Shown: positions 38,520-51,211 of the stretch, in pieces | How positions within the stretch are numbered: position 1 is the stretch's first letter | Layout of the letters: each line of letters starts with the position of its first letter | Origin: Mytilus trossulus | Taxonomy: Eukaryota | NCBI RefSeq assembly: GCF_036588685.1 | Contig: NC_086373.1 | Span: 36,332,001 to 36,396,000 of the forward strand | Direction of reading: 5' to 3' | Length of the DNA stretch: 64,000 nt | The notes under the pieces: model-generated | Database searches by the model: none | Seen by the model: only the letters and a program-made list of their open reading frames with translations | What the model was told of the DNA's origin: nothing | Translations under genes and position numbers: made by a program

Positions 38520-40074
38520 TTATTTGTGACACGTTTTCCATATCCATTCATTTGAATAATCACAAAAAAACTCTATATAAATATTTGACTCTCTGTCTCT
38601 AGGTGTATATGTGCCTTGGAATCGCCAAATTGATAATACAGCATCTCCAAAGTCGTTTCCATACATAAGTGGACTCTGTTTGGTTACTTTGATAGCTCCA
38701 GAACAAGGGACATAAAAGACATGACCCCCTTCTTGTCTGCGGCAGGTCGGTTTACACAATCGTCCGCATGCGTCGGATGCAGTTACTAGGACTTCCGTCG
38801 GTTTATTCACTGTAGGTTTTTCGATAGCAATGTAGCCAATATGGGAAGAAACCGGAAGTCTGTTATCGACAAAAACGTAATCTGTATATATACCAAAGTA
38901 ACTTAACCCAGATGACTTCAATCTGACCTTGAATGCTCCTGATTGGTCTTCAAAACAATCTTGGTATTTCGCCGGATTGCCCGGATGTACGAGTCTTCTC
39001 AAATATTTGTATTTATGTTCATCATACATATCATATCGGTGGTGTCGTCTATTAACGTTTGTCTGTGATGCAAAATGAACTTCCCTTGGACGAAGATGAA
39101 CAACTTTAATTGGTATAAATGCCCAACGTTTTGAATCAGTTGAACAATCTGCAATAAAATTATTTTGGATAGGTTTACCCATACAAGGTTCACGTTCCTG
39201 TGGAACGTACACGTTTGTTATTTGGTCCGCATTTATTGTTATACTAAAACTATTAGCTATTGCCGTAGAATGATAATGAGTGTCTCTTTTCCCGCGTTTT
39301 TTATTTTTGTTGCGTTTATTACTGTATTTTATTTGAACTTTTTTATGTTTTTTGGCATCAACAAAAGGCTGTGTTTGTTTTTTCAAAAATCTGTCGACAG
39401 ATGCGCATTCTGTACTCGACTTCTTTATTTTACATTGCAAATCAGGCGAACCACAATCAGTATGGTCTTTTGAGCAAGTTGGTGAAAGATGGTAGTAGCT
39501 TTGTCTCGCAAGCTGTACACCAGATCCATCACTGTTCTGGGGAACACGTCCAAGAAATTTTATGAAAGGCATATTCTTTATTGTAATGTTAGGATTTTGA
39601 GCTTCCATTCCGGCTTTTGTTGGATAGGTAGTATTGTATTTGTGAGTATACCTCCATACTTCCCATAAATAATCTACATAGACATGGTGAAGCCAGAAAA
39701 TACAATCCCAGGGTGCTGATTCAATCGGTGCCATTGATCCGCCTACGTAATTGTGCACATCGTCATGATAAGATTCGATGGTGTTATAAGGAGACGGTTC
39801 GACTAGACTGTTAACGTCTGGCATATTCATCACATCCCTTGCTTCGGCGAAAGTAAATAATGATCCTGCATTGCCGCCATTCCTTATTACTGGGTTTCCA
39901 CTGTTATCCTTGGCACCACCACAAAGACCTGTTTTAACTACTCCACTAAATTCTCCAAGATATTCATCCGTCCATAGAATAGAATTTTCCGATTTATCCA
40001 TATTGGCATCCAAACCTGAATTCCAATACGGAAGCGTCACCAAAGGATCAAATTGCTGCAAAATTAGTTCCAAA
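38520..40074 (-). CDS. TyrB coding exon 3 (CuB, furin site KKRGKR, C-terminal domain); joined protein 684 aa
   Basis: Acceptor ttttgcag at 40075, then LELILQQFDPLVTLPYW...ESYHDDVHNYVGGSM...WDCIFWLHHVYVD. Confidence 0.95.
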
Positions 40075-40334
40075 CTGCAAAATTTGATCAAAAAGAACTT
40101 TATTGTAGAGAAAAAACATTGTTAAGCTAAATAATTCTAAAATGTATCTTAATACAATTTGTATTCGATTTAAGGTCAGACAAAATCATAAACGAATTAT
40201 TTCATAAAATTTCTAGTTAAACCTTTTAGAAATTGATTTTGATTTTGAAGGATTAATGAAACTTCTTAATTTAATGATATACGTTTTGTATTTCTACTGT
40301 CTTATTCATTTACACCAACATTGTTGTAAGAAAC

Positions 40335-40660
40335 TTGATGGTCTCTTGGACTTTGTAGCGTGTTCGCCCCCTACGCAGGAAGTCAAGGTTGGAGCCCCGT
40401 CTGGGTCAACTCTAAAGTTGTTATTTGCTTACCTAACACGCGGTATTAAGGATTAAGGACACAGACTAGTTAGTTTGAAGTCAAAACTATGTGTCCAGGT
40501 TGGGTAAAATGTCTTTCTTTTAACTGTGACAGTGTGAATTTGAAATTTCGTATCAGAATGTTTGTCTAGTACAAAGAGGCCAAATATTGATATTACATTA
40601 ACAGTTTCTCGTCCTTAATATACATTTAATTTGCCGCTGCATGGACGTTAAACCGACATT
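40335..40660 (+). mobile_element. Degenerate tRNA-derived SINE-like element in TyrB intron 2
   Basis: Decayed A/B-box head (gtagcgtgttcgcc...ggttggagccccg) plus a body resembling bivalve SINEs; recognised from memory only. Confidence 0.4.
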
Positions 40661-41219
40661 TATCACCATCAGCATTGATGCTTTGTCAACGTATGCCCCA
40701 TTTCTTCTTTTATTCGTATTAAACGATAACATATTTTTGAATAGAAAAGGAAAATTGCAACCAAACTATTCGATGAAATTTCTGTGAATTGATCTTAAAT
40801 TAATTAATGGTTTCTAGGTAGTATATTTCATTCTTACCAAACGTAGCCATTGCTAACTACAACTGCATTGTGTTAAGCAATATTGCATTAAGGGTGTTAC
40901 TCCAATATGTTACAGTTGGGTTTTTTTTCTCAAATGAATATAAAGACAGCTAACGTTCTGGAACCTGTTATCTAAGGGTTGTCGTTTTTGAAGTGGTTAT
41001 TCGTTTGTTGTTTTTTTTATATATAGATTAGACCGTTTGTTTTCCTGCTCGAATGGTTTTACACAAGTCTTTTTTGCGGCCCTTTATAACTTGCTGTTTG
41101 GTGTTAGCCAAGCCTTTGTACTTTTACCTAGATTGGCTTAGTTTTACAAATTGTCACTTAGATGGAGAGTTGTCATATTGGCACTCATACCACAACTTCT
41201 TATATAAAATAATATTTAC

Positions 41220-41317
41220 ATCAGTATCAGGAATCTATGGTACCCTAGAAAGGCAGGTCCATGATGAGCGGACGTTCTAACTTGCTCGTTGTGAAATTTA
41301 GCAAGCCATGCATATGA
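41220..41317 (-). CDS. TyrB coding exon 2 (CuA site)
   Basis: ttttcag|TCA...AT|gtaaat, 98 nt, SYAWLAKFHNEQVRTSAHHGPAFLGYHRFLIL. Three CuA His intact. Confidence 0.93.
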
Positions 41318-43091
41318 CTGAAAATTAAAGATAACATATCGATAAAAATAGAAATATATATCGTTATAAATGACTTTTAGGCGATCTGTAAGGCATGCAC
41401 TTTTTTTTGCGCACTACGACATTGCAGATTTAATCATAGATGGCATGTTTGTTTTCGAAGGGAGTAGATTTTTAATTATTGTTTAAATTACAAAAGCTCC
41501 TTGACCATTAAACCTATTTGTATTTTTTCAGGGGAACGTTTATTGTCAAAGACGTTTGGTAAAGAAAGAAAATATAAGGGAGTTATCTCTCTCTTTGGTC
41601 GGTTTAAGGTTGTTGGTTGGTTTTTTCTTCTTCTGTATAACCGAATACAGTGCATCTTTGTTCAATAAATGTTATACATAGTAATCTCTTTATTAACTTT
41701 TATACGACCATGTTTTTACTTTAAGACAAAAGGCGCAATAATCTTGTGCATTTTACAGAATGCGCATCCACTCTCTACCAATGTAGATCTTTGTTTTGTT
41801 TTTCTCAAAAGATGTTTGATTTAGCTGATTAAAGTGTACATACAGTTTGTCCATCTGTTTCAATTGCTTATTGAAACTCTTATTTCTATAACAAAGGATA
41901 CTAAAATTTATATGTTTGTGGTGTTCCCCAATATCTAATTGTAAATAGAAGACCAAGGGCATGTATAGAAAAGACATATATATATATATATGGGTTTCAT
42001 TACCAGCATTTTGTTTTTTCAAGTTTTAGTATGGAAAATGATCGTGGAAATCATAGTGATATACAAGTGATCTTTCGTTCCTGTTCATGTCAGCACTTAA
42101 TCAACATTACGTTCACTCAATTTTTGTCTGACCACCACAATAAAAAGCGTACTGGGCTTGTGTGGAAGAGATTGTGCAGTGTTTGTTCTCCATCGTGGTC
42201 AAAAGTACAGACTTGATTTGTTTGTGTCTGCTAAGAATATAAAGTAAGGAGATGTGGTGTGATTGTCAATTAGAAAACTTTCAAGTAGAATCCAAATAAA
42301 GTGACAGTAAGCAACTGTAGGCAAACATAAATAACATACACTTACCAACGACAGCGTCTATAATGTGATGAATTTATCTATTTTCTTCTAAAGACTTTTG
42401 AACTACCACGTTACAGTTTTTCTGTCGAGTACAACCATGGGTCCATATTGATGTAGTTTTTAAATGAATAGTTTGTGTATGTTAACTTGTATCAATTTAA
42501 TATTGTGTATCATGTTTTGTTGAGAGGGCTTACATAAACCAAGCCTGTTTCTTGTTCCAATTTAATTGATTTCCTTGAATAAAATACTACTAAAGCTATC
42601 GTATCATTATGTTCTTGCTCTATATAAGCATGTTATGTTTTCCACCGGTTACTTAATCTATATTAGTTTGTCCATCTTTTATCTGATTCCTAATTATGTA
42701 ACAAAAATAAAGATTATTTTGGTCTTCCTCCAACTAGCAGTAAAACCCTTGCCAAAGTGGGACGTCCATTTGGCTGTGCGGGATGTACAAATACTAAGCC
42801 ACGTCATGTAAAAATTGGAACGTTAAATTTGATGCCCTGTGTAGATTGAGTACCATGCTCCGTGGAAGTTAAGAACCCTTGCAACTCTTTATACGGGTCC
42901 ATAGTTGGCCTACCCAATATTCTATCAAGGCAATTTTCTAAAATATTTTTTAATCTTTTTTTGGTTTTCATTTTCATTATCACGGCTCTGTGAATCAATC
43001 TACAGTCTTATTTCTTTTAGACGACCAACGTGTTTACGCCTTAGAATTAACAAAAACTTGCAGTTTGTTGTTTAAAAACATGGAAATAAAA

Positions 43092-43285
43092 GTAAGCTCA
43101 TCACAGATACCAGGATTAGATTTTGTATTTACGCGCCAGACGCTTGACTCGTCTACAAAGGCTCATCAGTGATACTCGAATTAAAAAAAGTTAAAAAGGC
43201 CAAATAAAGTACGAAGTTGAAGATCATTGAGGACCAAAATTCCTAAAATTTTTGCCAAATACATTAAGGAAATATATTCCTGGAT
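43092..43285 (-). mobile_element. Degenerate family-B retrozyme fragment (TyrB intron 1, sense)
   Basis: CUGAUGA is intact but GAAA->GAGU and stem III is broken. Confidence 0.7.
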
Positions 43286-43950
43286 TAAATCAAAAATATG
43301 TTAGAAGCAAGCTAATATTGTCATTAGGATACTAATTTATGCAGATTATTTGAAGACAATTTGCAAATTTCGATCCAATCGACATCAACGACAACATGTG
43401 GTGCAGAACAAAATATTGATTTTATAAGAATCTGAGGTTTTCAAATTCCAGTAGAATTTGAAACGAATACAGGAAAATGGGCTATAACTCTTGGACATTT
43501 ATTATCTCTATGTAAAGAATCTTACCCATTTTAAAAAGATAATAAATGCAAACTACCTTAAATCGTTAATATTCTCAATTTTAGTTTAGTTCATATCGTA
43601 TTACTCATTTGAATGTTTAATGATGTTAAGCGTGGTTTTCTTTTTCTGCTGACAGTTACTGCATTTCTGCGCCTTTCCTCAGTCAAGATTCTCTTGCCTT
43701 TGTTTTTTTTATTTTAGTTCATTATATATTTTGGAGTTTAGCGTGACGTTCATTTTCACTGAGCTAATTTACAACTTTATTTATGGGCCAGCTGAAGTCA
43801 CCTCCTGGTGCGGGATTTTCTCGCTGCGTTGAAGACCCATTGATTGCTCTTTGGTCGGGTTGTTGTCTCTTTGACTTATTCCCCATTTTAATTCTCAGTT
43901 TTACTGGTATTAAAATATGATCTTATCATTGTATTGCAATGATATCTTAC

Positions 43951-44352
43951 CCCACTTTTGGTAGCATTGTTCCAGGCTTTCCGTAATCGTAACCTTTCCA
44001 TCTTTGTTAACATTCTTATTTCTTTACGGTATCGAATTTTACTGGCATCTCGCTTTGTACGTGTTGCTGAATTTTCTTTGCAGAGAAGTTTTCCGAAGAA
44101 ATTTGTAATATCTGTCATAGATGTATTACCTTTAACACTGTAACAATTTTTTAAGTTTGGTCCTTTTATCCACATATATCGTGTTAAACAAGTATTGCAA
44201 ACCGATTCACTTGGCGATATTTTCACATTCTGATGCTGTGTTTTCATGACTATACATTCTTTTAAAAACGGAGGAAGTTCTAGTTGTTCTATCAGGCATC
44301 TCCCAAGACTAACAAAGGTGAGTACCAGTACAAAGCACAATATTTTAGGCAT
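43951..44352 (-). CDS. TyrB coding exon 1 (signal peptide, prodomain, furin site RTKR)
   Basis: MPKILCFVLVLTFVSLGRC|LIEQ...TRTKR|DASKIRYRKEIRMLT...TKSG, donor GGG|gtaaga. Confidence 0.92.
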
Positions 44353-45244
44353 AATTACAGCTGAAGGTAGTTATTCTCTTCATACATGTAACTTCAATCA
44401 TACATGTTACCTTATCAAGAGTTATTGAGAACACAATAAATTACTTAAATATGCGTGTCTTACTTAAAGGCTACTTGCATTAATCATATTTTAGCATTAT
44501 ATAATTTCGCGAAAGTTATTATAATTAACATCAGATTTTCTGGTGAAATGCATGCTAAATGAAGTATACACATTCTTCTGTGGTATTTGTTGTGCACATG
44601 GTTATTTTGTCTACAAAGGAATTATTTTCCTATCGAAATTTAGGAAACTATTGCTAATCTTCTCTGATTGTTTTGAAAAAAAGAAGTAATAAACTTGAAA
44701 TGGGTGGGGACTACTTTGATGATCCCAGATGCTGTAAGTCTTACACAATTCCCTTACTTTATTGAACACCATTTGAACATATATTACGTTCATTGAACTC
44801 TTACAATGTCACTACAGACTAAGTAGATATAAGGATATGTGGTATGAGTGTTAATGAGACAACTCTCCATCCAAGTAACAATATATAAAAGTAAACCATT
44901 ATAGGTCAAGGTATGGCCTTCAACACGGAGAATTGGTTCACACCGAACAGCAAGCTAGAAAGATTTGGAAATAAACATACCGAAAAAGGAACCAAATGAT
45001 AAATACAACCCCAAAACGGAAAATTAATAATATGGAACGAGCGATATTGTCTTTTGTCGTACTCTTTTTTAATTGTCCTAATCTAGAAGAAAAAAGATAA
45101 GTTTTGTTTTGGTGTATTTAATTAAAGTCAATTCCGATGGGTAAATTTCCTCAATAACGTCATATCGAATTCTTGGTTATTTTAAGGAAGTTATATCACA
45201 AACGGAACGACAAGTGTGACTACATTATTAATCAAACTTAATTA

Positions 45245-45805
45245 ATACGAATCTTTACACTCGTATACCAACAGACTCACTAGGTAAATTGGTCTCATTC
45301 TGAATTGCGCGGTTTTGTGACTGTACATTCTTTTAATCGTTTGAAGTTCTAGTTCGTCTACAAAACATCTTCTAAGACTGACATACGTAAGTACCAAGAT
45401 ATATAACAACATAGTGTATGTATAAATACAGCACAGAGGAGGATGACTCTTCATACATTAAACCTCACTTTATCAATACTTATTGAGGATAATCAAAATT
45501 CCTTAAATGTGTGCGTCGTAAATAAAAATCAACTTGTATTATTCATGTTTATTTCATAAATCAATTTCTTAAAAGTTTACATTCTAAGTTACATAAGATT
45601 TTACATGCTAAATTAACTACACAACCTTGTACTATATGTTTTTTGTGCTATTGGTTATTTTGTCAACAAAACAATTATTTAAGCAATCGAATTAAGGGAA
45701 ATTCTGCTAATCTACTCTGTCTGTTTTGTAAAAATTAACTAGTAAACTTGAAAAAGGCGGAGAGTACTTTAAAGAAATCAAATACCACAAGTCTAACACA
45801 ATTTC
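45245..45805 (-). pseudogene. Decayed duplicate of a TyrB-like exon 1 5' half plus upstream region
   Basis: MLLYILVLTYVSLRRCFVDELEL / LKECTV / PSESV across frameshifts aligns to TyrB ILCFVLVLTFVSLGRCLIEQLEL..LKECIV..PSESV. 45600-45805 aligns to the TyrB upstream region 44550-44750. The acceptor AG before the ATG is lost. Confidence 0.85.
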
Positions 45806-45989
45806 ATATAACATATTTTGATTTTTTTTTTTAATAAAAAGATCTGTGTGTTTGCTTCTTGGATTTGAAGTATTTATTCAGTTACTAAGTTGTGTCGTTG
45901 ATTCATGTTTGCCATATTTTTATTTTGTAAATTGTATTGTTCGTAAGTTAGGTCGTTACATTTTCTCTTTCGATTTGATTTACATTATT

Positions 45990-46397
45990 TATATTTGTTC
46001 TTCCCTGGTCGGGATTCGAATTCATATTTCTGAAATATCTTTGCACCAACTCGCCTTCCACTAAGTTCGATGCGATAGACCACTCGAACATCTAAGCTCA
46101 ACGTATTAAATCTCACGTTGGACTGGTTTTATCTTTCCTCGTCAGTTTTTTTATCTAGCGTCGTAACACAGTACTAATATTTAATGCATGAAGATGGCAT
46201 GCACAGTCTCATCTGAATTATTTAACGTATAGGATCTTAAAAATTAATGTAGGATGCAGTCACAGAAATAATTATATTATAAGTACGTCTGAACCAGAAC
46301 AGAACATAATATATATGACGATTTAGAAGAGCGCGTCTAGCATAGTGCAAGGCGATTTGGTGCCACGTAACTCAACTAGTTCGAATCCCGGCCAGGA
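45990..46397. mobile_element. Two divergent tRNA-derived SINE-like heads (45990-46087 minus; 46328-46397 plus)
   Basis: Both carry a B-box-like (G/A)TTCGAATCCCG and share tagtg.aaggcga.ttggtgc. The minus copy keeps an A-box-like cgagtggtcta. Confidence 0.55.
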
Positions 46398-47114
46398 GAT
46401 ATTTAGACGAATTATATAAATAATATAAAAAAATATGAGTTTGCAAACCTTATGTCATTATCACTAGTGATCCTATTGATAACATGTGTCATAGAGTTGT
46501 CACTGGTTCAGACGTATTTATATATATAGTTTTATTTTTAGTTTAAGCTTGTGTTATATTTGCCTTCGGGATTAGATATGATCCGCTCTTCTTAAAATTC
46601 AAGTCTATCCTTAATTAAGGTAAATAATATGGCCTTCTTAATACCGTTTCGGTTCTAAACATCACTGAAGAGACATTTGTTGTCGTAATCCGGATATTTT
46701 GTACCAATTTTTGCACCTTTGTTTGCTGTATATCCATTTTAATGCAAGTTCATAGTTTGTGTTTAGTTTTAAATTAATAATTACGATCCATTTTGTTACA
46801 TCTGGTGATTTATTTATTTTGGCAATCGCCAATGGCAGTCATTAGGGTTTAAGAACATTCGTTGTTCGACCTTCCATTTCGTTAAATTATACTTTTTCAC
46901 TTTTTTGTTTGGAAAGTATTGTTTGTGCTGATTTTTTTTTTTTATATATTATAATCCTGGTACCTTTGATAACTATTGGTACAAGCCATTTAAAGAACAT
47001 ATACAAATAAATGGGAGAACATACAGGACAGAGAATGACACAATTAATAGCTTTCAAAAGGTACCAGGCTTTTAATTTAATACACCAGACGCGCGTTTTG
47101 TCTACATAAAACTC

Positions 47115-47450
47115 GAGATGATATTGGATATTTTCCTTATGTCGTTACTACAATCAACTTCCCTTTTCACTACGACTGTGGCCTACCGAATAAGACTTTT
47201 AATCGGGTTTATAATAACATGAGCAACATGAGGAGCGCCACATATGGAACAGGATCTGCTTACCCTTCCGGAGCACCTGAGATCACCCCATTTTTTGGTG
47301 GGGTCCGTGTTGCTTAGTCTTTGGTTCTTTATGTTGCGTCTTTCGTATTATTATTTGTCTGTTTGCTTTTTTATTTTTCAGCCATGTTGTTGTCATTTTG
47401 TTTTCGATCTATGAGTTTCACTGTCCCTTTGGTACGGTTCATTCCTCTTT
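47115..47450 (+). mobile_element. Penelope-like 3' region
   Basis: Matches the reverse complement of 8756-9095 (cttacccttccggagcacctgagatcacccc...). Confidence 0.78.
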
Positions 47451-48264
47451 TACATTTTACAAATCAAGAAATGAAAAAATTCATGTACGGATGTAGAAAA
47501 TACAAGCTACAAATTAAGAAATAACATTGTACAAATTTGGAAATTGCATGTTGCATATACAAATTACATTTAACAAATTAAGAAATGGCGGATATTCCCT
47601 TCCATAGTTACGGTCCTGATAAGTCAGGCCTTGAAACGCTGAAAAGTCCAGATGTAAAAAATCACCAAAGATATCAATTAAATAAATTGTTGTAGACGCA
47701 CTTTTCATCACTACAAGACTTTAATGCCAGATATTTCCTCTAAAAATATTGGACTAATTGAAACCAAAGTTGGCCACAATCGTCTTTTGGAAATCTAGTT
47801 TTTGTCTCGACTGCGACGAATGTTGCAGACAGTTAGACAAAGGAATAGCTTTCAGACGACTGTGGCAATGACGGTGTCAACAATTGTTTAGTTGTTCTGG
47901 TTCAAATTAGTTTAATAGAAAATATTAGTGATAGATCACCGATATTTTGTATAAAGATGCATTACGATCAGTCCAGATCAGTTTGACGACTATGTTGATG
48001 TCCTGTCCATAGAACATGGTCCAGTGACTTTGAAATAATCAGTGTTTACTTTATAATTTTTAAAACTCTAATAAATTGAGAAACTCTCAAAATAAATATA
48101 TAGTTAATAATTAATTTGAAAACAGCAAAAGTGTTCAACAGGACATGATCTAAATAAAAACTGTAAAGATATCAGAATCCCAAAATCGCGCGAACAATTC
48201 GGAAGATAAAGAAAACTGCAAACACCACAAACGATCAATTGATAAAAAAAAAACAATAACTTCA

Positions 48265-48580
48265 AAAAGTAAAATCACAAAAATATCGAACTCCGGGGAA
48301 AATTTAAAAAGGAACGTCCGTAATCAAATGGCAAAGTCAAAAGCCCAAACACACCAAACGAATGGATAACAACTGTCACATTCCTAACTTGGTACAGGCA
48401 TTTTCTTATGTAGAAAATGGATGGTGGATTAAACCTGTTTTAAAGCTAGCTAAACCTCTCAATTGTATGACAGTCACATCAAATTTCATTATACTACATT
48501 ATACTTCATTAACAAAGTGCGAACAAAACAAATAGACATAATAAGTATAAATGCTAAAGATAGGGGTACAACAGTCAACA
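48265..48580. repeat. High-copy interspersed repeat (other copies at 1-270, 9745-9860, 14535-14720, 21250-21500, 57770-58075)
   Basis: Shared core aaaattcaaaacggaa...aaacacatcaaacgaatggataacaactgtcatattcctgacttggtacagg in both orientations. Confidence 0.75.
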
Positions 48581-51211
48581 AATTTAACTACACCAATGAG
48601 TCTTTTTGACGATTTTTACCGATTTGGTCATATTTAGCAAAACTGTGATATATATATAAAATTGTAAACAGTCAAAATTGCAAGAAAAACAAAATGGCCG
48701 AAATGATGCGTATATTCATCATAGCAGTGATTGCCAGAAATATCCCTTTTTTCCATTTTTGTATTATCTTAAAAGTTATTATTGATGAAGAGAAACTCTA
48801 GATTACTAGCTGAAATGATCAAAATGACAGACCTACCAACTTGTCAACATGACCAAAATTGTTAGTCGACTTCTTATAGGAGCAATTGTCAATAAGAGAC
48901 AATTTCTAAAAATTTAAAACATTTTGGTTAAACGTATAGCAGACAAGAAAAATTGGTAAACATAAAAATTATCAATAGGACAATATCTACACATTTATCT
49001 GCATGACAGAAATTGCTGATTGGCTCCTTAACGCGTTACTTTTTTAATGAAGATTTCTATTTACTTTAAGCATATTTGGTCAAAAATTATAAATGAGAAA
49101 GAAAAATGTATACTGACTGCAAATCTGATCAGCATGAAAAGATCTGCGCCCAATATTTTTATGTTGCCGAAATTTCCAGCAAAGTTTTTATAGGACTTAT
49201 TGCCCTTAGATAAAGACATTTCGTAAAAAGCAAATGACTAGTGCAAAGAGCAAATATGATCATTAAGACGAGATTTGCCAAAAAATTAACGTTTCCAAAA
49301 TTGACAGTTGACGTTTATTGAAGTTATGACCCTTGAAGGTGAATAATGCCTAAATTGTGCATATACTATTGTACATGGAGAATAAACCATAATTAGCAAA
49401 AACAATAAAAAAGCAAAGATCATCAAATAAACCAACATGACTATATTTTCAGTTCCTGTGTCAGTGGGCTCTCGTTTTCGAAAGAGATGCATGTGTTTGG
49501 TTCACATTACCATTTTTTTCCTAAAATGTCCTGTACCAAGTCATGAAAATGGCCATTATTATATTATTGTTCTTTTCTGTGTGTTTTACATTTTAATTTC
49601 GTGTTTCAGTTGTGTCGTTGTTCTCCTTTTATAATTTGATGCGTTTCCCTCAGTTTTAGTTTGTAACCCGGACTTGTTTTTTTCTAAATCGATTTATGAG
49701 ATTCGAACGGTGGTATACTACTGTTGCCTTTATTTATCAAAAAAATCTGTCACATTTCAGAGGAGATTTGTTTTGAGTATTTTTTCAGTCATTTTCGACG
49801 TAAACTTTGTATGGCGTCGAAAATATACAACACCTTTAGATCACTGGAATGAATTCTTTCAAAAATAAAAAATATATCGAAACCAAGGTCGGCACATTCT
49901 GTAAAAATGTTATTTCTGTTAAAGTTTTATCGCTGGTTAGATGCCTCTGCTACCGCTGATTAAATGGTTTGTTTCATTAAAAGATAAGGATAAATCATTA
50001 TGTCACTTCTCATGTGTAAGTTATCAAGCACGACCTGCTATCCTTTCGCACCAAAAGGGATCAACACCGAAAGTAAATATTCGCCTGGATTGGCAGACAC
50101 GAAAATCTAGATGTGCAAGTAAATCGTTGCGTCTTATTACTTTAGCAATGGTAAGCCCAACAAACGTAGCCTTTGACAATTAAAAGACTATGGTGGTGTT
50201 TAACACAGTATACATTTTAAATTTAACTGCCTATATCATCCGACAGCTTGAAGTTCCCATTCGTTGAATAACAAACTGAATGTAAAAACCGTGTTATGTC
50301 CGCTCGTTCGTTAGGGAAAAAGACTTCTTTAAGGTCTGCGTATTCCTAATGACGATCAATTGTTCCTGGGAAGTAAACATATTTACGTGTTTTTAACGAC
50401 ATTTCTGAATTTTGTTTTCGGTTAGGAAAAAGGTTAAAGCTTTATTGATACTTTTATTTTCTTTAATACAAAGTGACACAACAACTATAATTTCAAGTTG
50501 AGAAATGTGATCGTTAACGTCTTGAATCTTGTTTGTGATGATAATATTCGTAACTATCTATGTCAGAAATGTGCAAGTTTAAAATTACTTGTTTTGCCAG
50601 TGTTTCCATTCGTTAAAATATTACTGTATTCCATTACTGTATACCTTGCAACTAGATTATTTACCTGTGTACATTATTTTATTTGCCGGCACTTTGTCCA
50701 AGGTTATGGTTGTTTCTCTGATACTGTTTAAAACGTCTCACCACTCTTTTTATTGGTTTGGTTTTTACATTATGTCATTGACCAATTTTATGTGTTCAAT
50801 TGTTGTCTGTTCATAAGTGTTTCTTGTTTCTGTTATTTTTTTTATTATTATATAGATTAGAACGTTGGGTTTTCTGTTGGAATAGTTTTACACTAGTTAG
50901 TTTGGGAACCCTTAATAGCTTGCTGTTTCATGTGACCCAAGAAGAAGACCGAACTTTGACATATAATGGTATTTTTTTTTTAAATAGTGACTTGGATGGA
51001 GAGTTGCCTCTTTGGCACTCTTGGCACATCTTGTTATATCGAAGTTGTATAAAAGAGTGAGACCAATATACTGAAGAAATATTCATACTCATTAGTCAAA
51101 GTCAAACTAACAACACCAGTATATTAGTAGAGAATGAAAATAATAACTTTTGAAACTTGTTTTTTATAGACAATTGAAGCACTTTTCACCAACCGATAAA
51201 TGAATTTAGCT

